In this document: positions 10,316-19,689 of the stretch, piece after piece
Layout of the letters: each line of letters begins with the position of its first letter
How positions within the stretch are numbered: the stretch's first letter is position 1
Assembly (NCBI GenBank): GCA_027022365.1
Contig: JALVYU010000030.1
Coordinates: 29,140-93,139, forward strand
DNA length: 64,000 nucleotides
Direction: 5' to 3'
DNA from: Desulfurococcales archaeon
GTDB taxonomy: Archaea; Thermoproteota; Thermoprotei_A; Sulfolobales; Desulfurococcaceae
Made by a program: the position numbers and the translations under genes
Notes under the pieces: generated by a model
What the model was told of the DNA's origin: nothing
Seen by the model: the letters and a program-made list of their open reading frames with translations, nothing else
Databases searched by the model: none

Positions 10316-11499
10316 ACATGTCTGAGTCTATGATATACGAGGCCCTCGGTAGGCGGAGAGACGAGATAATCGGTAAATTGAAAAAGATAAACTTTGACGC
10401 CCTGGAGGACATTGTGCGTAAGTACTGGAGGCCCTACCAGCCTAGGACGATCAAGGATCGGAGCGCAGCGGCTGTGGACGGCGGTGAGGGGAGGAAAGAG
10501 TTCTTCGGCTACACCCTATACATAGTCTCAGGGGTCTCCATAGTTTACGCTTCAACGCCGAGACAATATGGTTTCGTCGATATAGACATCCTGCACCCTC
10601 CCAGCATAGGCGAAAGGATAAGCCTGTTCCGCGAGATCCTTGAAGGACGCGCGGGACTCATGGCGGCCAGGGAAACAGATACCCTGTTCCTCGACGGAAG
10701 CCTTAGATCAATAATGATAGCGCCCCGCCCCCTTAGAGAAGAAACAATGCCTAAAACCATTAGCCGGGCCCACGAGCTATTCGGTGAGAACGTATTCCAA
10801 GACCTAGAAGCTACTGTGCTGGAAAATCTATACGACTATGAGAACACATGGTATAACCCCATAACAAGCCATACATTCATGAAGGATAAGACCCTGACAG
10901 ACGAGCACAATGACGCCATAATACTTGTCGAGTACATCGAGAAACTAATCATCTATAGGGAGCTGCTAAAGAAGATGAAGAAGGGAGAGAACATCCTCGT
11001 CTATATCTCGAAGAGGAGTAGAGCGCAGAACTATTTCAAAGACATTGATAAACAACTTCTACCCCCCGGAACGCCTTTGCCGAGCGATATCGTGTTGTTC
11101 CAGTGGTTCACGAGCGAGCCGGGATATAGCATACCGATCATACCAGAGGAAACCCGTGAGGCTGGGAGGAGATTCAAGGTAATGCCAAGCGTAGTCGGGC
11201 TCAGAGAATTCTATGATAGGCTAAGAATAGCGATAACATATGTTAGACTAGTAGAGGACGGCCCACTACTCAAGCTAGAGATACCTGTTTTCGGCTGGAA
11301 GGGGGAACTGGAGGGCCTAGTCGAGAAACTAATGGATAAACTCTACACGTCTTCATCACCCAGCGACGGATATCCCTACCCCTTGATCGAGGTGGACAAA
11401 CAGGCAAAGATACCACGGGCCGTGGTAGATAATGTGGCCTTGCTTCTAGGCTTATCTCCCATCCCAAGCGGGAGAGAGGTGCTTGGAGAATGGCGTTAG
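10312..11499 (+). CDS. nurA: NurA 5'-3' nuclease
   Basis: AAVDGG, LDGSL, ISKRS, GYPYPLIEVD motifs; between rad50 and herA; likely start ATG 10318. Confidence 0.9.
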   Translation: MNMSESMIYEALGRRRDEIIGKLKKINFDALEDIVRKYWRPYQPRTIKDRSAAAVDGGEGRKEFFGYTLYIVSGVSIVYASTPRQYGFVDIDILHPPSIGERISLFREILEGRAGLMAARETDTLFLDGSLRSIMIAPRPLREETMPKTISRAHELFGENVFQDLEATVLENLYDYENTWYNPITSHTFMKDKTLTDEHNDAIILVEYIEKLIIYRELLKKMKKGENILVYISKRSRAQNYFKDIDKQLLPPGTPLPSDIVLFQWFTSEPGYSIPIIPEETREAGRRFKVMPSVVGLREFYDRLRIAITYVRLVEDGPLLKLEIPVFGWKGELEGLVEKLMDKLYTSSSPSDGYPYPLIEVDKQAKIPRAVVDNVALLLGLSPIPSGREVLGEWR

Positions 11500-13058
11500 A
11501 GCCCCTAGGCCTTGTCGTCGGGGAGGCCAAGAATGTGGAGATAACGTTTACGGCGAATAGGCCTCCCCAAGTAGGAGAATATATCTTGGTAGAATATCCG
11601 AGAACAAACTGTTACGAGACCATGGATTGCAGCTATGTCCTGGGAATAGTCGAGGCGAGCCTTATAGGTAATCCCATGATGAATAATCTCTCTGTCAAGC
11701 CAGACCATGTCGAGAAAGCATTGCAGTTCGGAGCAGAGAGGCACATCTACATGGTTGGGAAGGCCCGGCTACTCTCATGGGTTGAGCCCCTCGCAGAGAA
11801 GAAGGTTCTCTACGCACCAAAATATCCTCCAATGCCAGGTGCAAAAGTATATAGAGCGGACGATCATACATTGCAAGAGGTATTCAGCTGTAAGGAAAAC
11901 AAGTGTATACCAATAGGTAGGCTTGTAAACCACCCCAACGTAAAGGTCAACATAGACGTTAACGCCATCATGAGCAGGCACCTGGCAATACTCGCTGTAA
12001 CGGGAGCTGGAAAATCCAACACCGTGGGGGTACTGCTTGATAGGATAGCCGAGAACCTTGGAGGAACAGCTCTTGTAATAGACATGCACAACGAGTACGG
12101 AAACATAGCGGGCGACAAGACAAAGATACTAGCTCCAAGACTTAACCCAGCCAGTCTCAGCGTCTGGGAATACTACTCCCTCCTAGGCCTCGACGAGAAT
12201 GCATCAAAACAGCGCATGTACTTTGCCAAAGCATATGACGAGACAACCAAGGATAAAGAATACCTCAAACACCCAGAAGAATTCATACCAAAACTAAGAG
12301 AGGCGCTCGAAAAGTTCACAATGAACAAGAGCTACGCTAGTGACAAGAGATCAATAATTGACGTAATAAACAAACTCGACGAGCTCATGAGGAGATACGG
12401 TGGAACAGTCCTCTCGCCCGAGGCCCCGATCAATATCGAGACCTACGTCGAGCCCGGGAAAATAAACGTGCTACAACTAGGTAGCGTAGACGAAGACGTA
12501 GCTGACGCCGTGACCTACCATTACCTGAACAGTCTATTGGCTAAGAGAAAAGAATACGTTACATCCAACGGGAGATCCGGGTATCCCGTACCAATACTCA
12601 TAGTTATCGAGGAAGCCCATATACTCATACCCCGCGACCGTAGAACATTAACAAAGAGCGTTGCAGCCCGCATAGCACGTGAGGGCAGAAAATTCGGCGT
12701 CGGATTAACTCTGGTGAGCCAGAGACCCAAAAACATAGATGAGGATGCGCTAAGCCAGACGAACAATAAGATAATATTGAAACTCGTGTCCCCGGAGGAT
12801 CTTAGATATGTTCAGAGAGCGAGCGAGACACTAAGCAATGAGCTACTAGAATTGCTCCCGGCCCTCAATGTTGGAGAAGCTGTTCTCCTCGGAATGATGA
12901 TACCCATACCCGCAATAGTCAAGATAGACAAACACAGGCATAAGAGCAAAGGATCAGATATCGATGCTGTCGAAGAGTGGAGTAAATACAGTAACGAAAT
13001 AAAGGGAAAGGAGAACGAAAACGAGCTGGACGGATACGACGACTTCATAATGACCTAG
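11490..13058 (+). CDS. herA: HerA bipolar DNA helicase
   Basis: HAS barrel N-terminus, RHLAILAVTGAGKSN, DMHNEY, IEEAH, IAREGRKFG, SQRP. Confidence 0.95.
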   Translation: MALEPLGLVVGEAKNVEITFTANRPPQVGEYILVEYPRTNCYETMDCSYVLGIVEASLIGNPMMNNLSVKPDHVEKALQFGAERHIYMVGKARLLSWVEPLAEKKVLYAPKYPPMPGAKVYRADDHTLQEVFSCKENKCIPIGRLVNHPNVKVNIDVNAIMSRHLAILAVTGAGKSNTVGVLLDRIAENLGGTALVIDMHNEYGNIAGDKTKILAPRLNPASLSVWEYYSLLGLDENASKQRMYFAKAYDETTKDKEYLKHPEEFIPKLREALEKFTMNKSYASDKRSIIDVINKLDELMRRYGGTVLSPEAPINIETYVEPGKINVLQLGSVDEDVADAVTYHYLNSLLAKRKEYVTSNGRSGYPVPILIVIEEAHILIPRDRRTLTKSVAARIAREGRKFGVGLTLVSQRPKNIDEDALSQTNNKIILKLVSPEDLRYVQRASETLSNELLELLPALNVGEAVLLGMMIPIPAIVKIDKHRHKSKGSDIDAVEEWSKYSNEIKGKENENELDGYDDFIMT

Positions 13059-13064
13059 AATATT

Positions 13065-13469
13065 CTAATCCTCTTTTTCCGTACTTCTCAACAAGAACGG
13101 ATCCTTGAATATATCAGATAACTTGACCACGCTGGTTTCCCCCGATTTCACACTATGCATCACAATAGTTATCCCGGGGTTAAACTCCGCGAGTACCTGG
13201 CGGCAGGCACCACACGGCGGTATCGGGTGCTCGAGATCGGTGACTATCGCAATGGCTATTGGTTTCCTCTCACCATTAGAAACCATCGATGCTACAGCGT
13301 TTCTCTCAGCACATATTGTCAGCCCGTAGCTCGAATTCTCGACGTTAACGCCATAATATATTGATCCCTGGTCGGTCAGTATGGCGGCCGCGACATGGAT
13401 GTTGCTATATGGCGCGTAACTGTATCTTAGATGCTTCTTCGCCTCCTCTATTAAGAATTTGTACTCCAT
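13065..13469 (-). CDS. cdd: Cytidine deaminase
   Basis: YAPYS, NVENSSYGLTICAER, PCGACRQ zinc motifs; start placed at ATG 13469. Confidence 0.93.
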   Translation of the reverse strand: MEYKFLIEEAKKHLRYSYAPYSNIHVAAAILTDQGSIYYGVNVENSSYGLTICAERNAVASMVSNGERKPIAIAIVTDLEHPIPPCGACRQVLAEFNPGITIVMHSVKSGETSVVKLSDIFKDPFLLRSTEKED

Positions 13470-13531
13470 TTCCCTGCACCAAACTATGATGTTTTTCTTA
13501 CATGAATTGTTTCGGGTCAAGTACCCTATCT

Positions 13532-14725
13532 TTAACCCTTTCGCTTGGAGATGATTTTCCAGAGTCTCGTCAATAGGATCGGAGTCAATATGCTTGTCAC
13601 GTATATCAATATAATAACTCCTGCTACGACCTCATCGTTCAATACACCATATGCTAGGCCAAGACTAGTAATGACTAGCGCTACCTCCGCACGCGGGATC
13701 ATCCCTATGCCTGTGAAGAGTGATTCCGGAAAGGACAATCCGCTCAGCTTAGCTGCCAGGCCGCAGCCGAGTATCTTGCTTATGATCGCCACAGCAACGA
13801 TGACAATGATCGGTACTATGTATTCTAGGTGGGTGAGGTAAGGCTTGATATCGATCATAGCCGCTGATAATACGAAGAAGATGCTCGAGAAAATGTTTGG
13901 TATAAGGCTGAAACGCTCGATAATGGCTCTGGCGCCGCGTACCTCGCTGAAGGCGAGGCCCACGGCATAGGCGCCGACTACGAGGCTTAGATTAACCTTC
14001 ACGCTCGCCCATGCAACGATCAGTGTGAGGGCGAATAGTATCGATATAATAGTGTCCTGTAGGTGCCCCAGTCTTGTCAGCCATCGCCAAATACCAGCAC
14101 TGCCCCTATGGAGTGCTAGTATGAGGAAAACATAGAAGGTTATTGCGACTCCAGCGGTTACTAATAGGTCCTCGATGCGTGCACCACCACTGCTTACCAT
14201 TGCTACAGTTAGGCCGAGGACTATAAGGCCGCCGACATCATCGAGTACAGCGGCTCCGAGTATTGAAGATGCTATAGGGTGAGCTATAGCTCCTATATCT
14301 GACAAAACCTTGACGGTTAAGCCGACACTGGTGGCCGTGAGAACCGCTCCTATGAACAAGCATGTAGCCTGGGGATAGCCTAGGAGGAGGCCCGCGGCGT
14401 AGCCCATGAGGAAAGAAGAGATTATTCCGCCGAATGCTATCCAGAAGCTATGGTGGAGGCTCTTCATGAACTCAGTGAACTTTGTCTCCATCCCCGCTAG
14501 GAATAGGAGACTTATGATACCGATCCATTTCAGGAGATCGAGCTCCTCAACAATATTCGGCGTCAGAATATCCAGGATGCTTGGTCCTAGAACTAATCCA
14601 GCAAGTATATCACCAAGAACTGGTGGATAGCCCCTCCAGCTGATCAGCTCCTCGAAAACCTTGGCAACAACTATGATAACTGCGAGCGCCAATAATAGAT
14701 CAGCTACCGCGGCTTCACTGGCCAC
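13532..14725 (-). CDS. Cation:proton antiporter (CPA2/NapA-like)
   Basis: About 12 TMs; LTATSVG, GAAVLDD, GMIPRAEV motifs. Confidence 0.9.
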   Translation of the reverse strand: MASEAAVADLLLALAVIIVVAKVFEELISWRGYPPVLGDILAGLVLGPSILDILTPNIVEELDLLKWIGIISLLFLAGMETKFTEFMKSLHHSFWIAFGGIISSFLMGYAAGLLLGYPQATCLFIGAVLTATSVGLTVKVLSDIGAIAHPIASSILGAAVLDDVGGLIVLGLTVAMVSSGGARIEDLLVTAGVAITFYVFLILALHRGSAGIWRWLTRLGHLQDTIISILFALTLIVAWASVKVNLSLVVGAYAVGLAFSEVRGARAIIERFSLIPNIFSSIFFVLSAAMIDIKPYLTHLEYIVPIIVIVAVAIISKILGCGLAAKLSGLSFPESLFTGIGMIPRAEVALVITSLGLAYGVLNDEVVAGVIILIYVTSILTPILLTRLWKIISKRKG

Positions 14726-14942
14726 TCCTTATTCCCCGCGTTGTCCAATATATTTCACATAATACAGTTCACAGTATTAATAAATAGAATGAAGGTCCCA
14801 CGAATTCTAATTAAATAATGGATTAGTTCAAGTGTAAAAACCATATTCTCAAATTTTTCTGGGAAAAGTCCTTGATAGGGCGTTGTCAAACGATGTGGTT
14901 TTCTTCATAACTTATCCCAATGATTAATATGTTCATATTTTA

Positions 14943-15875
14943 CTACCATAGGCCTTGATCCCAGATGAACTCTATGACCTCATCATGGGAGGGAACACTA
15001 TGGCTTCCAAGCCTCGAGACTTTCAGTGCAGCAACAGCATTTGCGTAGATGAGGGCTTTCTTCAAGCTATAGCCCCTAGAGAGGCCTAGGAGTAGGCCTG
15101 CCGCGAAAGCGTCTCCAGCCCCCGTGGTATCAACAACTTTTTCGACAGCGAATGCTGGTAGCTCGTACTCCTCGCCCCTCCTAGTCTTAGCGTATACACC
15201 CTCTTTACCGCGCTTAACGACAACCATTTCCGGGCCATACTCGAGAAGCTTTTCGGCCGCCTCCTTATAGTCCTCGAGGCCAGTGAGGCTCTTTGCCTCA
15301 TACCTGTTCGCCAGTATTATATCGACTTTTTCTAGTAGCTCCTTGAGGTTCTCGGCCCCTTTCCTAGCCAGTACTCTGCCGGGATCCCATGATACAGTAG
15401 CACCTGTTTCGTGAGCTATACTTGCAGCGACTATGCTTGTATCGGGCCTAAGACTCGCTATGTGCACGTACTTCGCCCTGCTGATCAGGGCTCTGTCCAA
15501 GTCGCTTGGTTCAAGCTTCTCGGTAGCGCCCTTGAACCCATACATGATCACTCTGCCGGTCTTATCTATTATGACGATGGTGAACCCTGTGTCTGCGATA
15601 CATACTCTGACCCCGGAGACATCCACCCCGTGCCTCATGAGCTCATCCACGACCATTCTTCCGAAATCGTCGAGGCCTAGCTTCACTATTATTCCGGATC
15701 TACCGCCTAGCTTGGTGATATCTATTGCAACATTAGCGGCAGAACCGCCTACACCTCTTGCCTGCCTCAAGATAGGGCTCTCCTGATCCGGGTTGGCGAA
15801 GAACTCTACAATGAATCTTATATCGACCAGTGCGTGGCCGACAGTTACAACGTCTAGGTCTTTCTTGCCCGTCAT
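14943..15875 (-). CDS. pfkB: PfkB/ribokinase family sugar kinase (probable ATP-dependent phosphofructokinase or ribose-1-phosphate/nucleoside kinase)
   Basis: GGSAANVA and DTTGAGDAF signatures; directly downstream of the aldolase gene. Confidence 0.85.
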   Translation of the reverse strand: MTGKKDLDVVTVGHALVDIRFIVEFFANPDQESPILRQARGVGGSAANVAIDITKLGGRSGIIVKLGLDDFGRMVVDELMRHGVDVSGVRVCIADTGFTIVIIDKTGRVIMYGFKGATEKLEPSDLDRALISRAKYVHIASLRPDTSIVAASIAHETGATVSWDPGRVLARKGAENLKELLEKVDIILANRYEAKSLTGLEDYKEAAEKLLEYGPEMVVVKRGKEGVYAKTRRGEEYELPAFAVEKVVDTTGAGDAFAAGLLLGLSRGYSLKKALIYANAVAALKVSRLGSHSVPSHDEVIEFIWDQGLW

Positions 15876-15986
15876 TTCTATATCCCTACAATAACATATT
15901 ATTTGATCAAATCTGTAAAATAAGGTTCTATTAATGAATAATACTCAAAGATTTCCTAACCATGATTTTATCCGTGAAAAATAGGC

Positions 15987-16823
15987 TTACCTTATGAGCT
16001 TAACCGCCTCCTCGGGCGTGAGGCCCTCGTGTACAATTGCTATAACTGCTTTCATCATAGCCTTCGGGTTCGGGTGCTGAAACACGTTTCTCCCTACTAC
16101 TACGCCTTTACCGCCGGCGGCTATCACGTTATAGACATCCTGTAGGAACTCTATCTCTTTCTCGCGCTTCGGCCCGCCGCTCATGAGTACAGGGACTCCT
16201 GAGGCCGCCTTCACTACTTCTGCAAAGCTATCCCTGTCTCCAGTATAGTATGTCTTTATTAGGTCGGCGCCGCTCTCCGCCGCGGCTCTTGCACCGTACT
16301 TCACTACCTCGACATCATACCTGTTCGTTATCGCTGGGCCTCTCGGATATGCTAGTTGGAGGCAAGGCAAACCGTATGATTCGGCCGCATTTCTTATAGA
16401 GAACCATCTTTCAAGCATTACGTCTTCGAACTGGCTCCCCCAGTAGACGGTCGCAGCGACAGCATCTGCTCCAAGGGCTACTGCTTCTTCTACGTAGCCG
16501 AAAGTACTCTGCAGCAGCCGCTCTTCCTTCGGCCTTAGGTTGGATTTACTCGTGATCTTTATTATCATGGCTGTTCTGCCAGCCCATATATCATAGGTTA
16601 GCCTGGCCATGCCGGGAAGCATCATTATCGCGTCTACTCCGGCCTCAACAACGGCCTCTATTATCGGCCTCGGATCTATCTTCTCACCGGGGAAATCTCT
16701 TGGTCCATGCTCTACTCCATGGTCGAAAGCAAATATTACCGCTTTTCCGTCGTTCCCAAGTATCCTTTTCAGTCTAACAGTTTTCCCTACATGTGTATAG
16801 GTGGGTAGAACCATGAACATCAC
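15987..16823 (-). CDS. fba: Class I (DhnA-type) fructose-bisphosphate aldolase
   Basis: [24 protein letters not shown] Schiff-base Lys, SGGPK, VGRNVFQ. Confidence 0.92.
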   Translation of the reverse strand: MMFMVLPTYTHVGKTVRLKRILGNDGKAVIFAFDHGVEHGPRDFPGEKIDPRPIIEAVVEAGVDAIMMLPGMARLTYDIWAGRTAMIIKITSKSNLRPKEERLLQSTFGYVEEAVALGADAVAATVYWGSQFEDVMLERWFSIRNAAESYGLPCLQLAYPRGPAITNRYDVEVVKYGARAAAESGADLIKTYYTGDRDSFAEVVKAASGVPVLMSGGPKREKEIEFLQDVYNVIAAGGKGVVVGRNVFQHPNPKAMMKAVIAIVHEGLTPEEAVKLIR

Positions 16824-16909
16824 CCATGTTATGATATATTGTCATCGTCGTGAATAAGATTATCTAAAACCAAATATTTAAACATATAATTATATAATCT
16901 CGTGGATGC

Positions 16910-16931
16910 AAAGAAAAGAAAGAGAAAAGAA
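16910..16931 (-). terminator. U-rich terminator after cysteine synthase gene
   Basis: Pyrimidine tract TCTTTTCTCTTTCTTTTCTTT on the minus strand, about 30 nt after the stop. Confidence 0.45.
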
Positions 16932-16958
16932 TATTGAACTAATTGTTTAAATGATTCT

Positions 16959-17972
16959 TTAAATCGCTAGCTCCTCGAGGAGTTTCTTCCTATCAACAAG
17001 CTCTCTCTTCTTCTTGAACAGCCTTGTGCTGAAGTATCTTGCCGCGTAGTCAGGCAGTATAGTCACGATCTTCTTTCCTTCACCGAGGTTGTACTTCCTA
17101 GCTACCTTGATGGCGCATACCACGTTTGCACCGCTACTGATACCGACTGGTAGTGCTTCCAGCCTGGCGATCTTCCTGGCCATCTCTATTGCCTCGTCAC
17201 TAGTGGCTGTTACAAAGTCGTTTAGTAGGTACTTGTACCTCTTCACTATGTCCGGTACGAAGCCGTCGCCCACACCCTCGATCTCGTGGCGGCCCCACGG
17301 GCCCTCCTTGCCGGTCTTGAACCATTCTGCAGCTACCGGGCACTCGGCCGGCTCAGCGCCAACGACTATTACATCGCGGCACTCCTCCTTAAGCCTCTTA
17401 GCTACGCCCATCAGTGTTCCGCCAGTACCTACCTGGGCCACGAATGCGTCGGGACAGCCGATCTGGTCCAGGATCTCCTTACCGGTTGTCTCGTAGTGTG
17501 CCTGTACGTTTGCCTCATCACCCCACTGGTCAAAGAGGTAGTACTTGTCGGGGTTCTCGGCGGCTAGCTTCCTGGCTGCCTCTAGTGCTTCTCCAGCATT
17601 GCTCTCACCGCCTGGAGTGAATAGGAATTCTGCGCCGAACAGCCTCATGAGCAGGAATCTCTCTGCGCTCATCTCCTCGGGTATTACTATGAGTACCTTG
17701 TATCCTAGGTAGCTCCCGATGGCGGCGAAAGCTATTCCTGTGTTACCGGTTGTCGGTACAACGATTGTCATTCCGGGCTTTAGTTCTCCTCTCTCCTCAG
17801 CAGCCCTGATCATATAGTAGGCCATCCTGTCCTTGACACTGCCTGTCGGGTTCATGAATTCTGCCTTAGCCCATATCTCAGCCTTGACGTCTTCGGGCAC
17901 TACTCGGGATAGTTTAATAATAGGTGTTTTACCGATGCATTCGATTACATTGTTGCATACTCTTAGGCTCAA
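16959..17972 (-). CDS. cysK: PLP-dependent cysteine synthase family protein
   Basis: IGKTP, NPTGSVKDR (PLP Lys), TGNTG, GTGGT, GISSGA, RYFST; start TTG 17972 inferred from upstream RBS. Confidence 0.85.
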   Translation of the reverse strand: MSLRVCNNVIECIGKTPIIKLSRVVPEDVKAEIWAKAEFMNPTGSVKDRMAYYMIRAAEERGELKPGMTIVVPTTGNTGIAFAAIGSYLGYKVLIVIPEEMSAERFLLMRLFGAEFLFTPGGESNAGEALEAARKLAAENPDKYYLFDQWGDEANVQAHYETTGKEILDQIGCPDAFVAQVGTGGTLMGVAKRLKEECRDVIVVGAEPAECPVAAEWFKTGKEGPWGRHEIEGVGDGFVPDIVKRYKYLLNDFVTATSDEAIEMARKIARLEALPVGISSGANVVCAIKVARKYNLGEGKKIVTILPDYAARYFSTRLFKKKRELVDRKKLLEELAI

Positions 17973-18256
17973 CCAGTCATCCCTCCCGGGGTATGTTTTT
18001 CTTGAGACTATTTGTTGTGCCAGCTCATTAATAATACTAACCATCAATACCTTGTTATAAGGTCATGGATTAGCTCTGGCCACGGCTGATATTAGGTGAT
18101 CTAACCCTCTGCGGGAATATCAATTTCTATCTAATAGTCTTTAGTTGATGAAGGCCGCCTCGTCTCTATTCAATCCATTATATTAAAACATTATAATATA
18201 TATTCTACTATGATTCTTAGAATATGTTAGATTAGTTCTCGCCGAGGTGAACCAGC

Positions 18257-19144
18257 ATCGCAAAATTCAGTCTATACAGGCCGAAAAGCCTAGATGACGC
18301 CCTGGAATTCCTTAGCAACAATGCTGGCCTTGTGAAGCCCCTGGCGGGCGGCACCGAGCTACTACTCCTGATCCGGGACAAGAAGATCCCTACACCAAAG
18401 TACCTGCTAGACCTGAACGCCATAAGGAAAGAGCTGAGCTACGTAAAGCTCGAAGAAGACAAAGTGAGGATAGGCGCGGCCACAACACTCTATGAGCTGA
18501 GCCAATCCATTCTCCATAAGGATAAGAGGTATGCCGGCTTCGTCGACGTATTCTACGGCTTCGCAACCATGGCTATGAGATTCTACGCGACGATAGGTGG
18601 AAACATATTATCCGCCACACAATACAATGACTACCTTACACTCCTCACAGTCTATGAACCGGAACTAGTGTTGGTCAGCAAGGAGGGGGAGAGGAGATTA
18701 ACGCTCGAACAACTAGTCTTAGACAAGCGTAAACTAGCCATAAAGCCTGACGAGCTCCTCAAAGAGATCATAATCCCTGTCCCGCCGGAGAACACCAGTA
18801 GTAGCTTCATGAAATTCGACCGAAGGAGAATACTGATCGCCGGCGTGGTCACCGGCGCGGTTCTCCTAACACTCAATGATAACGTGATTGAGGACGTCAA
18901 GATATCCTTTGACATGATACGGGAGAAACGCGTACCGGGACGCGCAAAGAAGACAGAGGAGTTCCTGCGAGGCAAAGAGCTCAGCGAAGAAGTGGTCGAG
19001 GAAGCAGCGGAGAAGATCTTGCCCAGCGAGATGGAGAGAGTATCAGACTGGTGGACGACGGCGGAGTACAGGCTAGACATGTCCAAGGTTGTTTTAAAGC
19101 GCAACATATTCCGCGCCGCGAGAAGGATAAGGGGTGGGAAGTGA
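18257..19144 (+). CDS. Xanthine-dehydrogenase-family FAD-binding subunit (CoxM/XdhB-like)
   Basis: N-terminal KFSLYRPKSLDDALEFL, AGGTEL, ATIGGN, AEYR motifs; reading frame begins at ATC 18257 after GAGGTGA. Confidence 0.9.
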   Translation: MAKFSLYRPKSLDDALEFLSNNAGLVKPLAGGTELLLLIRDKKIPTPKYLLDLNAIRKELSYVKLEEDKVRIGAATTLYELSQSILHKDKRYAGFVDVFYGFATMAMRFYATIGGNILSATQYNDYLTLLTVYEPELVLVSKEGERRLTLEQLVLDKRKLAIKPDELLKEIIIPVPPENTSSSFMKFDRRRILIAGVVTGAVLLTLNDNVIEDVKISFDMIREKRVPGRAKKTEEFLRGKELSEEVVEEAAEKILPSEMERVSDWWTTAEYRLDMSKVVLKRNIFRAARRIRGGK

Positions 19145-19683
19145 TGGTCGAAACAATACGTGTAAACTTAAAGGTTAATGGGAAACAATACGTACTCGAC
19201 ATACCGCCGGACGAGAGACTCATAGACACACTACGCTACAGGCTGGGATTCACGAGCGTCAAAGAGGGATGTGGACGAGGCGAGTGTGGATCATGTATTG
19301 TACTCGTCAACGGCCTTCCGAGGCACAGCTGTCTAACACTGACAGCGACACTGGATGGCGCGGAAATACTCACGGTCGAAGGACTGGCTCCCGAGGGCAA
19401 ACTACACGCTATACAGGTAGCGTTCCTCGAGACGCGTGGAGTGCAGTGCGGGTTCTGTACTCCGGCCTTCATGCTTCTGACTAAGGCTCTCCTCGACAAG
19501 ACCCTCGATCCCAGCGACGAGGAGATCAAGCAGTGGCTGGCCAGCGCTATCTGCCGCTGTGGAAGCTACCACTACTACTTCAAGGCCGTCAGGAAGGCTG
19601 CCGAGTACTTGAAGAAGGGCAAGATATTGTTTGACGAAAAAGAAGTTAGGAAGAACCTCTACAAGCTCCCCCTCCTGAGGTGA
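19144..19683 (+). CDS. Xanthine-dehydrogenase-family 2Fe-2S subunit (CoxS-like)
   Basis: KEGCGRGECGSC, SCL, QCGFCTP, CRCG motifs; ATG overlaps upstream TGA. Confidence 0.95.
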   Translation: MVETIRVNLKVNGKQYVLDIPPDERLIDTLRYRLGFTSVKEGCGRGECGSCIVLVNGLPRHSCLTLTATLDGAEILTVEGLAPEGKLHAIQVAFLETRGVQCGFCTPAFMLLTKALLDKTLDPSDEEIKQWLASAICRCGSYHYYFKAVRKAAEYLKKGKILFDEKEVRKNLYKLPLLR

Positions 19684-19689
19684 TAATGT

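Noticed and set aside
6153-13058. mre11-rad50-nurA-herA as a novel defence system
   Set aside because: This is the standard thermophilic archaeal DNA end-resection operon with canonical motifs.
14840-14912. Second possible C/D sRNA (minus strand ATGAAGA...TTGA)
   Set aside because: No terminal stem, no convincing C' box and no recognisable rRNA/tRNA complement.
18061-18112. Possible fluoride-riboswitch-like pseudoknot (GGTCATGG...TGGCC...CTGAT...CTAACC)
   Set aside because: Poor match to the crcB consensus and no fluoride-related gene downstream.
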